Positions 1-7,791 of a stretch of 43,159 bases of DNA are shown here, piece after piece. Where the stretch lies: IMG/VR virus record IMGVR_UViG_3300034104_000606. One strand, given 5' to 3'. Positions within the stretch are counted from its first letter, which is position 1; each line of letters begins with the position of its first letter. Under the pieces are notes generated by a model. It had not been told where the DNA came from and ran no database searches. It saw nothing but the letters and a program-made list of their open reading frames with translations. This stretch comes from a virus. The translations under genes and the position numbers were made by a program.

Positions 1-127
1 GGGAGATCACTAGATGCGCCGCACCTGAGGTACAGGTTGACGTAAAAAGGCAGTAGCCGCGCACTAGTACCGAGTAACCCTAAGCAATCGCAAACGCGAA
101 AAGGCTAGTACCCACAAACATAAGAAG
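1..127. repeat. Left copy of exact 127-bp terminal direct repeat (identical to 43033..43159)
   Basis: Base-by-base comparison of gggagatcactagatgcg...cacaaacataagaag at both ends of the window. Confidence 0.95.
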
Positions 128-207
128 AATTGTATACTTGCTCTTTATCAATCTCTAGGTAACAAGTAGGGATTGACGAAAAGCAAGTAACAGAAAGGAA
201 AGTAATC

Positions 208-660
208 ATGAAACTTATAACTGAGGTTAAGGCGATTGATCTGGCTATCAAGTCAATCCAGAGCCGTGGTGCGAAGCTGCAAAAGGATATTCATATCTGT
301 GCGGTGTCGTGCCTGAACCATATCGAAAAGCATGGTGATATCACTTTGCTCAATAGGCTTATGTCTGCCCTTCCGGGCGGATGGAGGTCTAATGCGCTCA
401 AGTCATGGGCGGAGGATTTTGGTAAAGTTAACTGGGATAATACTCAGAAGGCTTTTGTCTATGACAAGTCCAAGAAGTCCAACATCGAAGGTGCGATTGC
501 TACGTCACCGGAGGAATACAAGCCGGAAGCAGAGTACAAGCCTATGGATCTGGCAGAGGCTATCAAGGCGCTTGTCAAGAAAGCTGCGGATCGCGTAGGA
601 TCTGAGAACGACAACGTGCCTGAGGAACTGTTCAACGCTCTTAACAAGCTTGTGGCATAA
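208..660 (+). CDS. Hypothetical early protein (150 aa)
   Basis: First ORF of the rightward arm. ATG is preceded by purine-rich GAAAGGAAAG. No family recognised with certainty. Confidence 0.8.
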   Translation: MKLITEVKAIDLAIKSIQSRGAKLQKDIHICAVSCLNHIEKHGDITLLNRLMSALPGGWRSNALKSWAEDFGKVNWDNTQKAFVYDKSKKSNIEGAIATSPEEYKPEAEYKPMDLAEAIKALVKKAADRVGSENDNVPEELFNALNKLVA

Positions 661-675
661 GGGGAGGAATATCAA

Positions 676-864
676 ATGCCTAAGTCTCGCAAGGTTTATA
701 TCGTCATGGCTTTCAAGCTATCAACTAAATCTACTTATATCAGTGAGGTATGCTCTAGTCAGAAGAAGGCGGAGGAATACTGTAAATACATCAGTAATGT
801 CATGGCAAAGCATGATCCTGATGATCACTATAGCCATTGGGTTTATGATGCGAGGGTGGTGTGA
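676..864 (+). CDS. Hypothetical protein (62 aa)
   Basis: ATG is preceded by a strong SD (GGGGAGGA). Fits tightly between its neighbours. Confidence 0.7.
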   Translation: MPKSRKVYIVMAFKLSTKSTYISEVCSSQKKAEEYCKYISNVMAKHDPDDHYSHWVYDARVV

Positions 865-938
865 TGACGGTGGCGATGTATCTAATCATGGCTGGCACTA
901 TCTTGGTCTTCTATTTTGCAGCAACAGGAGAAATCTAA
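864..938 (+). CDS. Putative 24-aa hydrophobic mini-protein (MTVAMYLIMAGTILVFYFAATGEI)
   Basis: Below the ORF-track cutoff. Its ATG overlaps the upstream stop (TGATG) and its stop overlaps the next ATG (TAATG). GAGG lies upstream. One TM-like segment. Confidence 0.35.
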   Translation: MTVAMYLIMAGTILVFYFAATGEI

Positions 939-1114
939 TGCGCTGGTATACACCTCAGGAAATCCGGGAGATGTACGATACAAATCCCAACACGACACTG
1001 AAGCAATTAGCCAAGATAACAGGGCGGGATATCCGTAGCCTTAAGCACCTGCTTATGTCTGGCGATGAGTCCAAGGCAGTAGCTGCATATGTATCTGAAG
1101 GATTGGGAGAATAA
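938..1114 (+). CDS. Small putative HTH DNA-binding protein (58 aa)
   Basis: Internal ATG of ORF 650..1114 with an AGGAG SD. The segment TLKQLAKITGRDIRSLKHLL looks like a helix-turn-helix. Confidence 0.6.
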   Translation: MRWYTPQEIREMYDTNPNTTLKQLAKITGRDIRSLKHLLMSGDESKAVAAYVSEGLGE

Positions 1115-1115
1115 C

Positions 1116-1406
1116 ATGGAAGACTCATACATCGTCTATAGTAAGGGCCGTAAGGAAGCGACTTCTTATGTCGGTCGAGATGCTACTGAACTGTTCAGGG
1201 TTAACATGATCAAGACTAGCATCAAGCTGTATGTTAAATGCGGTCTTATCCCAACAAGGGGAGTCACTATTAGTAAGCTATTGAAGATGGCTACGGTGTA
1301 CACTGGCCGGAAGTACAAGAGATCCGAGGCTATGTATGCGGTGGAAGATCTGCACAACTGGGTTACTTGTATGGTATCTGCACTGCCAATACAGGAGGTG
1401 GAATAA
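1116..1406 (+). CDS. Hypothetical protein (96 aa)
   Basis: Internal ATG (MEDSYIVY...) 2 nt after the upstream stop, with GGGAGA SD. The longer 1089 start would overlap the upstream gene. Confidence 0.7.
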   Translation: MEDSYIVYSKGRKEATSYVGRDATELFRVNMIKTSIKLYVKCGLIPTRGVTISKLLKMATVYTGRKYKRSEAMYAVEDLHNWVTCMVSALPIQEVE

Positions 1407-1666
1407 TGTTCTATATCATGGGCTGGGATAGAAAGACGGATGATACTGTCTGCCTACACGAAACAGATTGGAGAACATCTGCCGTTAACTGGGCTAAGAA
1501 GTACTGTAGTGAGGAGGATATGGGTGGCTGGGATAAAGTCTATGTCATGTACCGTGATCAGGTGGATGTAGATTTCTGGGGTGATCCTGTTGTGCAGGAG
1601 GTTACTGTTTGGTCCTGTTACAGTGAACCTATGTTCTGGTCTGACAATGCAATGGAGGAGTTCTAA
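1406..1666 (+). CDS. Hypothetical Trp-rich acidic protein (86 aa)
   Basis: ATG overlaps the upstream stop (TAATG). SD is AGGAGG. Confidence 0.7.
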   Translation: MFYIMGWDRKTDDTVCLHETDWRTSAVNWAKKYCSEEDMGGWDKVYVMYRDQVDVDFWGDPVVQEVTVWSCYSEPMFWSDNAMEEF

Positions 1667-1667
1667 C

Positions 1668-2324
1668 ATGCCAGTTCTGTTGTCCAAGGCAAGCAAGATG
1701 CCCGGTAAATCATGGTCCCTCCAAGCAGGGGAGACTTGTCCGGGCAGTATCAATCCAGTAACTAAAGAAGTTATAGAGGTATGCCGTGACTGCTATGCCA
1801 AGTCTGGATTCTATCGGATGGATAATGTCATCAAGCCACGCCAGCATAACAGGCAAGACTGGAAGCGTATTTCTTGGGCGGATGATATGGTCCAAGCCTT
1901 GGACACAGAGCGATACTTCCGTTGGTTTGATTCGGGTGACGTTTACTCTGCTGCGCTTGCACAAAAGATCTATGAAGTCATCAGGCGTACACCATGGTGC
2001 CATCACTGGCTCCCGTCTAAGTCTTACACTATTCCCAAGATCAGGTACTGGCTGGATAGAATTAAGTCACTGCCGAATGCCAGTGTCAGATACTCTTCCC
2101 CGTCTACCAATGGAGTCTACACAGAAGAGCATGGCTCTGTCGTAGTCCAAGAGATCACCGATACCATCGATGGTGCTAAACTCTGCGATGCCTATACCAG
2201 AGGTGGTAAGTGTGGTCCTTGCCGTGCCTGTTGGGATAAGTCTATCAGTCTAGTCGTGTATCCTCTGCATACACCGAAGAAGAAGATCAACGTTCAGATC
2301 AATCGTGTCAGAAAGGTGGCGTAA
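1668..2324 (+). CDS. Cys-rich phage protein resembling the GP88 (gene product 88) domain family
   Basis: Start MPVLLSKASK at 1668, 2 nt after the upstream stop. Cys clusters ETCPGS...CRDCYA and CDAYTRGGKCGPCRACW. Family assignment is from memory of the motif layout. Confidence 0.6.
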   Translation: MPVLLSKASKMPGKSWSLQAGETCPGSINPVTKEVIEVCRDCYAKSGFYRMDNVIKPRQHNRQDWKRISWADDMVQALDTERYFRWFDSGDVYSAALAQKIYEVIRRTPWCHHWLPSKSYTIPKIRYWLDRIKSLPNASVRYSSPSTNGVYTEEHGSVVVQEITDTIDGAKLCDAYTRGGKCGPCRACWDKSISLVVYPLHTPKKKINVQINRVRKVA

Positions 2325-2326
2325 TT

Positions 2327-2614
2327 ATGGTGCATCCTAAGGCTGTAATAGATGAGGTGGTTGCTTTAAAGAAAGATGGTCTATCGTATAGGCTAGTCGG
2401 ACTTCAGATGGGGCTTACTACTAACCAAGTACTGGGCATCATCTATCGTGAACACCAGCGTATTAGCCTAGAAATGGGGGCTGGACGGGCAGTCTATGAG
2501 ACAGGCATGGATGTAGAGGGTAGGGATACAAGGCCTTCCCTGCCCTTTATACCGGGCCTTACGGATACAGTTAAGTACAAGATGGAGAAAGCAAATGTAC
2601 AAGATCAGTCTTAA
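2327..2614 (+). CDS. Putative HTH DNA-binding protein (95 aa)
   Basis: N-terminal LKKDGLSYRLVGLQMGLTTNQVLGIIYR looks like a helix-turn-helix. Confidence 0.65.
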   Translation: MVHPKAVIDEVVALKKDGLSYRLVGLQMGLTTNQVLGIIYREHQRISLEMGAGRAVYETGMDVEGRDTRPSLPFIPGLTDTVKYKMEKANVQDQS

Positions 2615-2765
2615 TAAGTTTGAGGTTGAGTTATTGGTGGAGGCTATGGATCGTAGGTTGTATGATATGGATCAGGAGTTCCACTATTACAATGAGGAAC
2701 CTACCCCGAAGTACTACCAGATCATTGAACTTAGGGATACACTGGTTAAACTCATTGACAGTTAG
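2595..2765 (+). CDS. Hypothetical protein (56 aa)
   Basis: Below the track cutoff. ATG has a GGAGAAAG SD and fills an otherwise empty 150 nt. Product MYKISLNKFEVELLVEAMDRRLYDMDQEF... Confidence 0.5.
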   Translation: MYKISLNKFEVELLVEAMDRRLYDMDQEFHYYNEEPTPKYYQIIELRDTLVKLIDS

Positions 2766-2782
2766 ACGAATACCAGTATAAT
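2755..2782 (+). promoter_or_regulatory. Consensus sigma70-type promoter, TTGACA-N16-TATAAT
   Basis: TTGACA at 2755..2760, a 16-nt spacer, and TATAAT at 2777..2782. It overlaps the 3' end of the 56-aa ORF (2595..2765) and lies upstream of the CDS at 2856. Confidence 0.7.
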
Positions 2783-2797
2783 CATTGAACCAATGTT

Positions 2798-2835
2798 GGC
2801 GGGGTGTTAACCCCTATCGTAGGTACAAATCAGTG
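2798..2835 (+). promoter_or_regulatory. Conserved 5' leader element with GGGGT/ACCCC hairpin (copy 1)
   Basis: GGCGGGGTGTTAACCCCTATCGTAGGTACAAATCAGTG lies 15 nt after the -10. A near-identical copy is on the minus strand at 28456..28494. Confidence 0.55.
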
Positions 2836-2855
2836 ATTAACACAGGAGATCTAAC

Positions 2856-3059
2856 ATGCTCACCAAATTTATCTTTGTCATGTCTGTCATTACCAATGAG
2901 GGTAACCTTAACATGAAGGTTTTTGATGTAGACAACTGCCCAGATGTACAGATGTTCAGTGAAGAGATGAACAAGCTTAAGAGTAATGGTGACTTCATCG
3001 GGTGGAATGCTATTTGTATTGAGAGAAACAAGAAGCAACAGGATGCTATGCATGAGTGA
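2856..3059 (+). CDS. Hypothetical protein (67 aa)
   Basis: ATG has an AGGAG SD and is the first gene after the consensus promoter. Confidence 0.75.
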   Translation: MLTKFIFVMSVITNEGNLNMKVFDVDNCPDVQMFSEEMNKLKSNGDFIGWNAICIERNKKQQDAMHE

Positions 3060-3225
3060 GATACACAGGGATAGGGAACTGGAACACCTTCAAAGTATGC
3101 TGTACACTTACAAGGTAGAGAACAAGAGTATGGATACTGAGAACGAAAGGTTGAAGCAGGAGATCCGTAGACTATTGGAAGAGAACGCCAAGCTGCGCAC
3201 TGCCCTTGGAGGTGAGAATGGCTGA
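3052..3225 (+). CDS. Hypothetical coiled-coil protein (57 aa)
   Basis: Internal ATG (MSEIHRDRELEHL...) overlaps the upstream stop by 8 nt. Heptad-like ERLKQEIRRLLEENAKLR. Confidence 0.6.
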   Translation: MSEIHRDRELEHLQSMLYTYKVENKSMDTENERLKQEIRRLLEENAKLRTALGGENG

Positions 3226-3493
3226 CACAGTGGAGAAGCTGCGCGGTTACGCAAGAGATGACCATGAGCGTGGTTGCCAAGGTCGTGAGTATGACTGTTC
3301 GTGTGGCTACGATGGAAAGCGCGATACTCTTCTTGTTGAAGCTGCTGATGAGATTGAGCGGCTGAGGGCGGCGCTGAAGGAAATCCGTGACGCTGGCCCG
3401 ATGACATTGGATGACCAGCGGTGGCGCATCGCGCTTGCCGCTCTAGAAGGTCCGCAGGACCGTATGGCGAAGCCCCTTGGAGGTGACACATGA
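3218..3493 (+). CDS. Hypothetical protein (91 aa) with CQGREYDCSC cysteine cluster
   Basis: ATG has a GGAGGTGA SD. Lies in the GC/CpG-rich patch. Confidence 0.65.
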   Translation: MADTVEKLRGYARDDHERGCQGREYDCSCGYDGKRDTLLVEAADEIERLRAALKEIRDAGPMTLDDQRWRIALAALEGPQDRMAKPLGGDT

Positions 3494-3678
3494 TCCGCGC
3501 TGACCAGATACCGGATGAGGTGGAATGTGCATTTCGCAAAGCTTGGATGGACGGAACCTTGACCGCTAAGGGAGCCATCGCCGCTGCCATCAATGCATGG
3601 CCTGATATGGAGATGCGCCCCACGTTCAACCCCAGCCGCATCATCCTCCCTCTTACACAGGATAACACTGATGACTAA
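3490..3678 (+). CDS. Hypothetical protein (62 aa)
   Basis: ATGA overlap with the upstream stop. Product MIRADQIPDEVECAFRKAW... Confidence 0.65.
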   Translation: MIRADQIPDEVECAFRKAWMDGTLTAKGAIAAAINAWPDMEMRPTFNPSRIILPLTQDNTDD

Positions 3679-3916
3679 AGGTAAACCACTCAAGCCACTA
3701 CCTACTGATGTTTACATCCACCCCATGATCAGGTGGATACATGAACAGGTAATGGAAAGAAAGATTACCTACGAGAAACTATCTGAGATGTCTGGCATTG
3801 GTGCCAACACTATCAGGAAGTGGAGGAACAACGATAGTTCCCCGAAGGTTTCAGATATCGAAGCAGTTATCAACACACTAGGAGGCAGCATTGTCATCGT
3901 CAGAGTTGAAGGCTGA
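3671..3916 (+). CDS. XRE/Cro-like HTH transcriptional regulator (81 aa)
   Basis: Internal ATG at 3671. ITYEKLSEMSGIGANTIRKWRNNDSSPKVSDIEAVINTLG matches the XRE-type HTH pattern. Confidence 0.7.
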   Translation: MTKGKPLKPLPTDVYIHPMIRWIHEQVMERKITYEKLSEMSGIGANTIRKWRNNDSSPKVSDIEAVINTLGGSIVIVRVEG

Positions 3917-3923
3917 ACGTCTC

Positions 3924-4082
3924 ATGGTAGATCCCCCTAACGGGTGGAAGTATGGGTTCCCGAAGGTTCTCCCAAAGGAACACCAGCACAGGACACTTGA
4001 CTGGCTTGTAGATAACGGGTACCCTCGCCATGAGATTGATTCTCTTGGTAAACATTTCTATTGTAGGTACTGGAATATCTGA
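3924..4082 (+). CDS. Hypothetical protein (52 aa; the alternative 3891 start gives 63 aa)
   Basis: MVDPPNGWKYGFPKVLP... begins 8 nt after the upstream stop. Start choice is uncertain. Confidence 0.55.
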   Translation: MVDPPNGWKYGFPKVLPKEHQHRTLDWLVDNGYPRHEIDSLGKHFYCRYWNI

Positions 4083-4261
4083 TGAGATGCTATGTCTGTA
4101 ACAAGGATGCACCTGATGGAGAGATAAGAATTGAGAGGCACAATGGCAGAGTTAAGTTCTCACCATGCTCTGAATGCCAGAATGTTATTCAACGAACGGT
4201 ACTACTGAAAGAACTAGAAGATGAAGAAGCACCTACCTTGCCCTTGTGGGACATCGAGTGA
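4082..4261 (+). CDS. Putative zinc-ribbon protein (59 aa)
   Basis: Below the track cutoff. ATG overlaps the upstream stop (TGATG). CYVC...CSEC pairs in MRCYVCNKDAPDGEIRIERHNGRVKFSPCSECQN... Overlaps the primase start by 41 nt. Confidence 0.4.
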   Translation: MRCYVCNKDAPDGEIRIERHNGRVKFSPCSECQNVIQRTVLLKELEDEEAPTLPLWDIE

Positions 4262-5798
4262 CGGGCTATACGATTACGGTGACCACCAGTACTGCTTCGT
4301 ATGCAACAAGTACTTCAAAGGTGAAGAAGAGATGACGAACATGAGCAATACTCCAGTGATGATGAAGGGTGACATCGCCCCTATCAATGACCGGAGGATC
4401 AACCAGAAGACTGTTGAGTTCTACAAAGTCCTACAGCATGACGGACGGCATATGTACCCGTACTATAAGGATGGTAAACTCATTGCTGTTAAGACCAGAC
4501 TACCTGATAAGGCTGGCTTCCCTTGGTCTGGATCTCCGGGTCAGGTTGAGTTGTTTGGTCAGGGGTTGTTCCCCCAAGGGGGTAACTCTTTGACTATTGT
4601 AGAGGGCGAGCTTGATGCACTCTCTGCATACCAGATGCTGAATGAACCTGTTGTCTCTGTCTGTTCAGCAAGCACTGCTGTCTCTGACCTGAAGCGTAAC
4701 TACGAATGGGTCAATTCCTTTAAGCGTATCACCTTCGCCTTTGACAATGATAAGGCAGGGCAGGAGGCTATGGCTAAGGCTGCTGGTCTCTTTGATCCTA
4801 AGAAAGTCAGGATCATGAAGCTGTCCCATCACAAGGATGCTTCTGATTATCTTGTTAATAATAATATCAAGGAGTTCTATGAGCAGCACAGAACAGCAGG
4901 ACCATTCACACCAGATGGTATTGTATCCGGGTCAAGCATCTATGATCTTCTCCTCCGAAAGCCTGAGTATCTCTCTGTCAACTACCCTTGGGATGGTGTC
5001 AACGACTATACCTATGGACTCAGAACTGGAGAACTTGTTACTGTCATTGCTGGAACAGGCGTTGGAAAAACACAATTCCTCAGAGAGCTTGTCTATGGAC
5101 TCTTGAATAACACTGAGGCTAACATCGGTGTCCTCTTCCTTGAAGAACCTATCAGGGATACTGGTCTTGGGTTGATGTCTGTCCATGCGAATAAGAGACT
5201 CTATCTCCCTGATGCAGAGTACACAAAGGATGAGTTCGATGATGCGTATAAAGCAACGGTTGGCTCAGGCCGTGTATTTCTTTATGATAGCTTTGGCAGT
5301 AACAGTATTGATAGGATTCTCAGTACTATACGTTACCTTGTCCGTGCTTTGGACTGTAAGTATGTTGTACTGGATCACATCTCTATTGTAGTCTCTGACC
5401 AGAGCAATGGTGATGAGCGCCGTGCATTAGATGAGATCTCTACCAAGCTTAAGACATTGACTGTTGAGCTTGGTATCTGTATCATCATGGCTGCACACTT
5501 GAAGAGGCAACCGAATGGTCAGTCGCATGAAGAAGGCGCTGCTGTTAGCCTGTCTGATATCCGTGGGACTGCCGGGATTGGGCAGTTGTCTAATATCATT
5601 CTGGGTCTTGAAAGGAATACACAGGCGGATGATCCTGCTGAGAGGCACATCGTCCGTGTCCGTGTAGTCAAGAACAGGTTCAGTGGTATGACAGGATTGG
5701 CTACGCATCTCCGTTACCATACTGAATCTGGCAGACTAATCGAAGAGCAACCTGATAAGCCCGTTGGGCAGGAGGAGCATGATGGAAATGACAACTAA
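4221..5798 (+). CDS. Bifunctional DNA primase/helicase (T7 gp4-like)
   Basis: N-terminal Zn finger CPCG...CFVC. TOPRIM motifs IVEGELDALS and FDNDKAGQEA. Walker A AGTGVGKT. Walker B VVLDHISIV. Confidence 0.93.
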   Translation: MKKHLPCPCGTSSDGLYDYGDHQYCFVCNKYFKGEEEMTNMSNTPVMMKGDIAPINDRRINQKTVEFYKVLQHDGRHMYPYYKDGKLIAVKTRLPDKAGFPWSGSPGQVELFGQGLFPQGGNSLTIVEGELDALSAYQMLNEPVVSVCSASTAVSDLKRNYEWVNSFKRITFAFDNDKAGQEAMAKAAGLFDPKKVRIMKLSHHKDASDYLVNNNIKEFYEQHRTAGPFTPDGIVSGSSIYDLLLRKPEYLSVNYPWDGVNDYTYGLRTGELVTVIAGTGVGKTQFLRELVYGLLNNTEANIGVLFLEEPIRDTGLGLMSVHANKRLYLPDAEYTKDEFDDAYKATVGSGRVFLYDSFGSNSIDRILSTIRYLVRALDCKYVVLDHISIVVSDQSNGDERRALDEISTKLKTLTVELGICIIMAAHLKRQPNGQSHEEGAAVSLSDIRGTAGIGQLSNIILGLERNTQADDPAERHIVRVRVVKNRFSGMTGLATHLRYHTESGRLIEEQPDKPVGQEEHDGNDN

Positions 5799-6069
5799 GT
5801 TTACCTTGTACATCGATGGGTGGTTGAGCGAGGAAGGTTTCCATATCTTTGTCGATGACAAGGAAGAGATCATTACCTTTTTCAAGATGGCTAATGATTT
5901 CATTGAGAGTCAGTGTGTACCAAGTATCCCACCAACGATCAGACAAGATGGTAGGGAAGCTATTGCCAAGCTGGCCTACGAACTAGAAGCAACTGCGGCA
6001 TACCTGAGAAAGCAAGCTGATGCAATCCGAGACTGGGAAATTGAAGATCGTATGGGACATCGAGACTGA
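5782..6069 (+). CDS. Hypothetical protein (95 aa)
   Basis: ATG lies 7 nt after AGGAGG. The track ORF begins at an upstream TTG. Start is uncertain among 5779, 5782 and 5788. Confidence 0.6.
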   Translation: MEMTTKFTLYIDGWLSEEGFHIFVDDKEEIITFFKMANDFIESQCVPSIPPTIRQDGREAIAKLAYELEATAAYLRKQADAIRDWEIEDRMGHRD

Positions 6070-7738
6070 TGCCCTTGATCCCAAGGTTATTCATATCTTG
6101 GTGGCAAAGATTGTTGGGCAGGATGGATACTACATCTTCAGAGACAAAGATAAGTTTGGAGAATTTTATGATAAGTTCTCCGGGGCAGAGTATATTGGAC
6201 ACAACTCAATACACTTTGACGGATGGGCTTTGTCCAAACTGTGGGGAATTACTATACCAGTACAACGGCAAACGGATACTCTTGTACTGTCCCGCATGTA
6301 CCAGCCTAGTCTGGACGGGCATTCCCTTGAGCGATGGGGTGAACGTCTTGGCGAAAGAAAACTAGAGTTCAAATCCTTCGACAGGTACTCAGAAGAGATG
6401 AAGGTGTACTGCAAACAGGATGTCAAGGTTACAGAGAAACTGTACCTGCATCTAACACACCAGATGAAAGGCTTCTCTGCTGAGTCTATCCGCCTTGAGC
6501 ATTCGATGCAGTATATTATCTCTGAGCAAATCAGGAATGGTTTTCTTCTGGATAAATCTGTAGCTATGGAGATCTATACTGGTGCTTTGCAAGAGGCTAA
6601 CCGTATTGAAAATGCCATCGTTCAGTACTTCCCTCCGATTGTAACAGAACGGTACTCTGAGAAGACAGGTAAAAGGTTAAAGGATCATGTCGAATACTTC
6701 AATCTTGGGTCACCTTCTCAGATCGTTAAGCGACTTGACGAACTTGGCTGGAAACCGACAGTCCCTACGAAGACAGGTAAGAGTTGGAAGATCTGTCAGG
6801 AAAACCTTGATACTATTCCTGATAGTATGCCTGACGGTAGGGATATGCCTGAGTGTGTTAAAGACTTGAAGAGGTGGAAGATCCTTGAGACAAGATGGAA
6901 GACAGCAAAAGACTGGTTGGATAGAATGGACGGAGATGGAAGAGTCCACGGACAAGTTATCGTACCCGGAGCCTCAACCCACAGAGCCACTCACCAGAAC
7001 CCCAACATGGCGAACATCCCCTCTATCACCACAGAGCGTGGCTTATCTGGGCTATTTGCATACGAATGCAGACAGGCTTGGACTGTCCCCGGAGGCTCTA
7101 AACTGGTTGGAACAGATGCTTCAGGAATACAACTTCGTGTACTTGCCCACTACATGAATGACCCTGAGTACACGAAGACATTGCTTGAGGGTGACATCCA
7201 TACCTTTAACAAGAATGCTTTGGGTGAGCATTGTAAGGACCGCCCAACAGCTAAGACCTTTATCTATGCTTGGCTGCTTGGTGCAGGACAGGCTAAGGTA
7301 GCACAGATACTGGGCTGTACTGTAAAAGAAGCAGGGGTTGCTATGGATAACTTCCTCCATAGTATTCCTGCCCTGAAAGAACTGAAGCGTAAGGCTTCTA
7401 TGGCAGCGCAGCGTGGTTATCTTGTTGGTCTTGACGGCAGGAGAATACAGATTGAGTCTGAGCATAAGTCTCTCTCTGTCTACCTCCAAGGCGGTGAGAC
7501 TGTCATCATGCGACTGGCTAATGTCTTCTGGTATAACAGAGCAAAGAAGGAGAAGATCAATTTCAAACAGGTTGTCTGGGTCCACGATGAATGGCAAACG
7601 GAGGTGGAAGAAACAAGAGCAGAAGATCTTGGTAAGCTGCAAGTACAGGCTATCAGAGATGCTGGTTCATACTTCAAGATGAACTGTCCTCTCGACGGCG
7701 AATACAAGGTTGGGAACAATTGGGCAGAAACCCATTGA
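6020..7738 (+). CDS. Family A DNA polymerase with 3'-5' exonuclease domain (T7 gp5-like, Tyr at the motif-B discriminator position)
   Basis: Exo motifs DIETDAL, HNSIHFD, YCKQDV. Pol motif A DASGIQLRVLAHY, motif B RPTAKTFIYAWLLGAG, motif C VHDEW. Start is uncertain: ATG 6020 overlaps the upstream gene by 50 nt, and TTG 6041 is an alternative. Confidence 0.93.
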   Translation: MQSETGKLKIVWDIETDALDPKVIHILVAKIVGQDGYYIFRDKDKFGEFYDKFSGAEYIGHNSIHFDGWALSKLWGITIPVQRQTDTLVLSRMYQPSLDGHSLERWGERLGERKLEFKSFDRYSEEMKVYCKQDVKVTEKLYLHLTHQMKGFSAESIRLEHSMQYIISEQIRNGFLLDKSVAMEIYTGALQEANRIENAIVQYFPPIVTERYSEKTGKRLKDHVEYFNLGSPSQIVKRLDELGWKPTVPTKTGKSWKICQENLDTIPDSMPDGRDMPECVKDLKRWKILETRWKTAKDWLDRMDGDGRVHGQVIVPGASTHRATHQNPNMANIPSITTERGLSGLFAYECRQAWTVPGGSKLVGTDASGIQLRVLAHYMNDPEYTKTLLEGDIHTFNKNALGEHCKDRPTAKTFIYAWLLGAGQAKVAQILGCTVKEAGVAMDNFLHSIPALKELKRKASMAAQRGYLVGLDGRRIQIESEHKSLSVYLQGGETVIMRLANVFWYNRAKKEKINFKQVVWVHDEWQTEVEETRAEDLGKLQVQAIRDAGSYFKMNCPLDGEYKVGNNWAETH

Positions 7739-7761
7739 CAATCTACTACGACATGATAATA
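7734..7761 (+). promoter_or_regulatory. Sigma70-type promoter candidate, TTGACA-N16-TAATAT with TG extension
   Basis: TTGACA at 7734..7739, a 16-nt spacer ending in TGA, and TAATAT at 7756..7761. It overlaps the polymerase stop and precedes the SSB gene. Confidence 0.55.
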
Positions 7762-7791
7762 TATGATTACGATCAACTGAGGAAAGACACA

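Noticed and set aside
138-165. Weak promoter-like TTGCTC-N16-TAACAA upstream of the first gene, and TTGACG at 37..42 inside the terminal repeat
   Set aside because: The -10 matches are poor (no terminal T, or no acceptable hexamer at 16-18 nt). Early promoters are more likely further upstream in the control region.
3108-3668. 186-aa minus-strand ORF (and 3307..3693) in the early region
   Set aside because: These appear only because the local GC-rich patch is poor in stop codons. They would run against four tightly coupled plus-strand genes that have good SD sequences.
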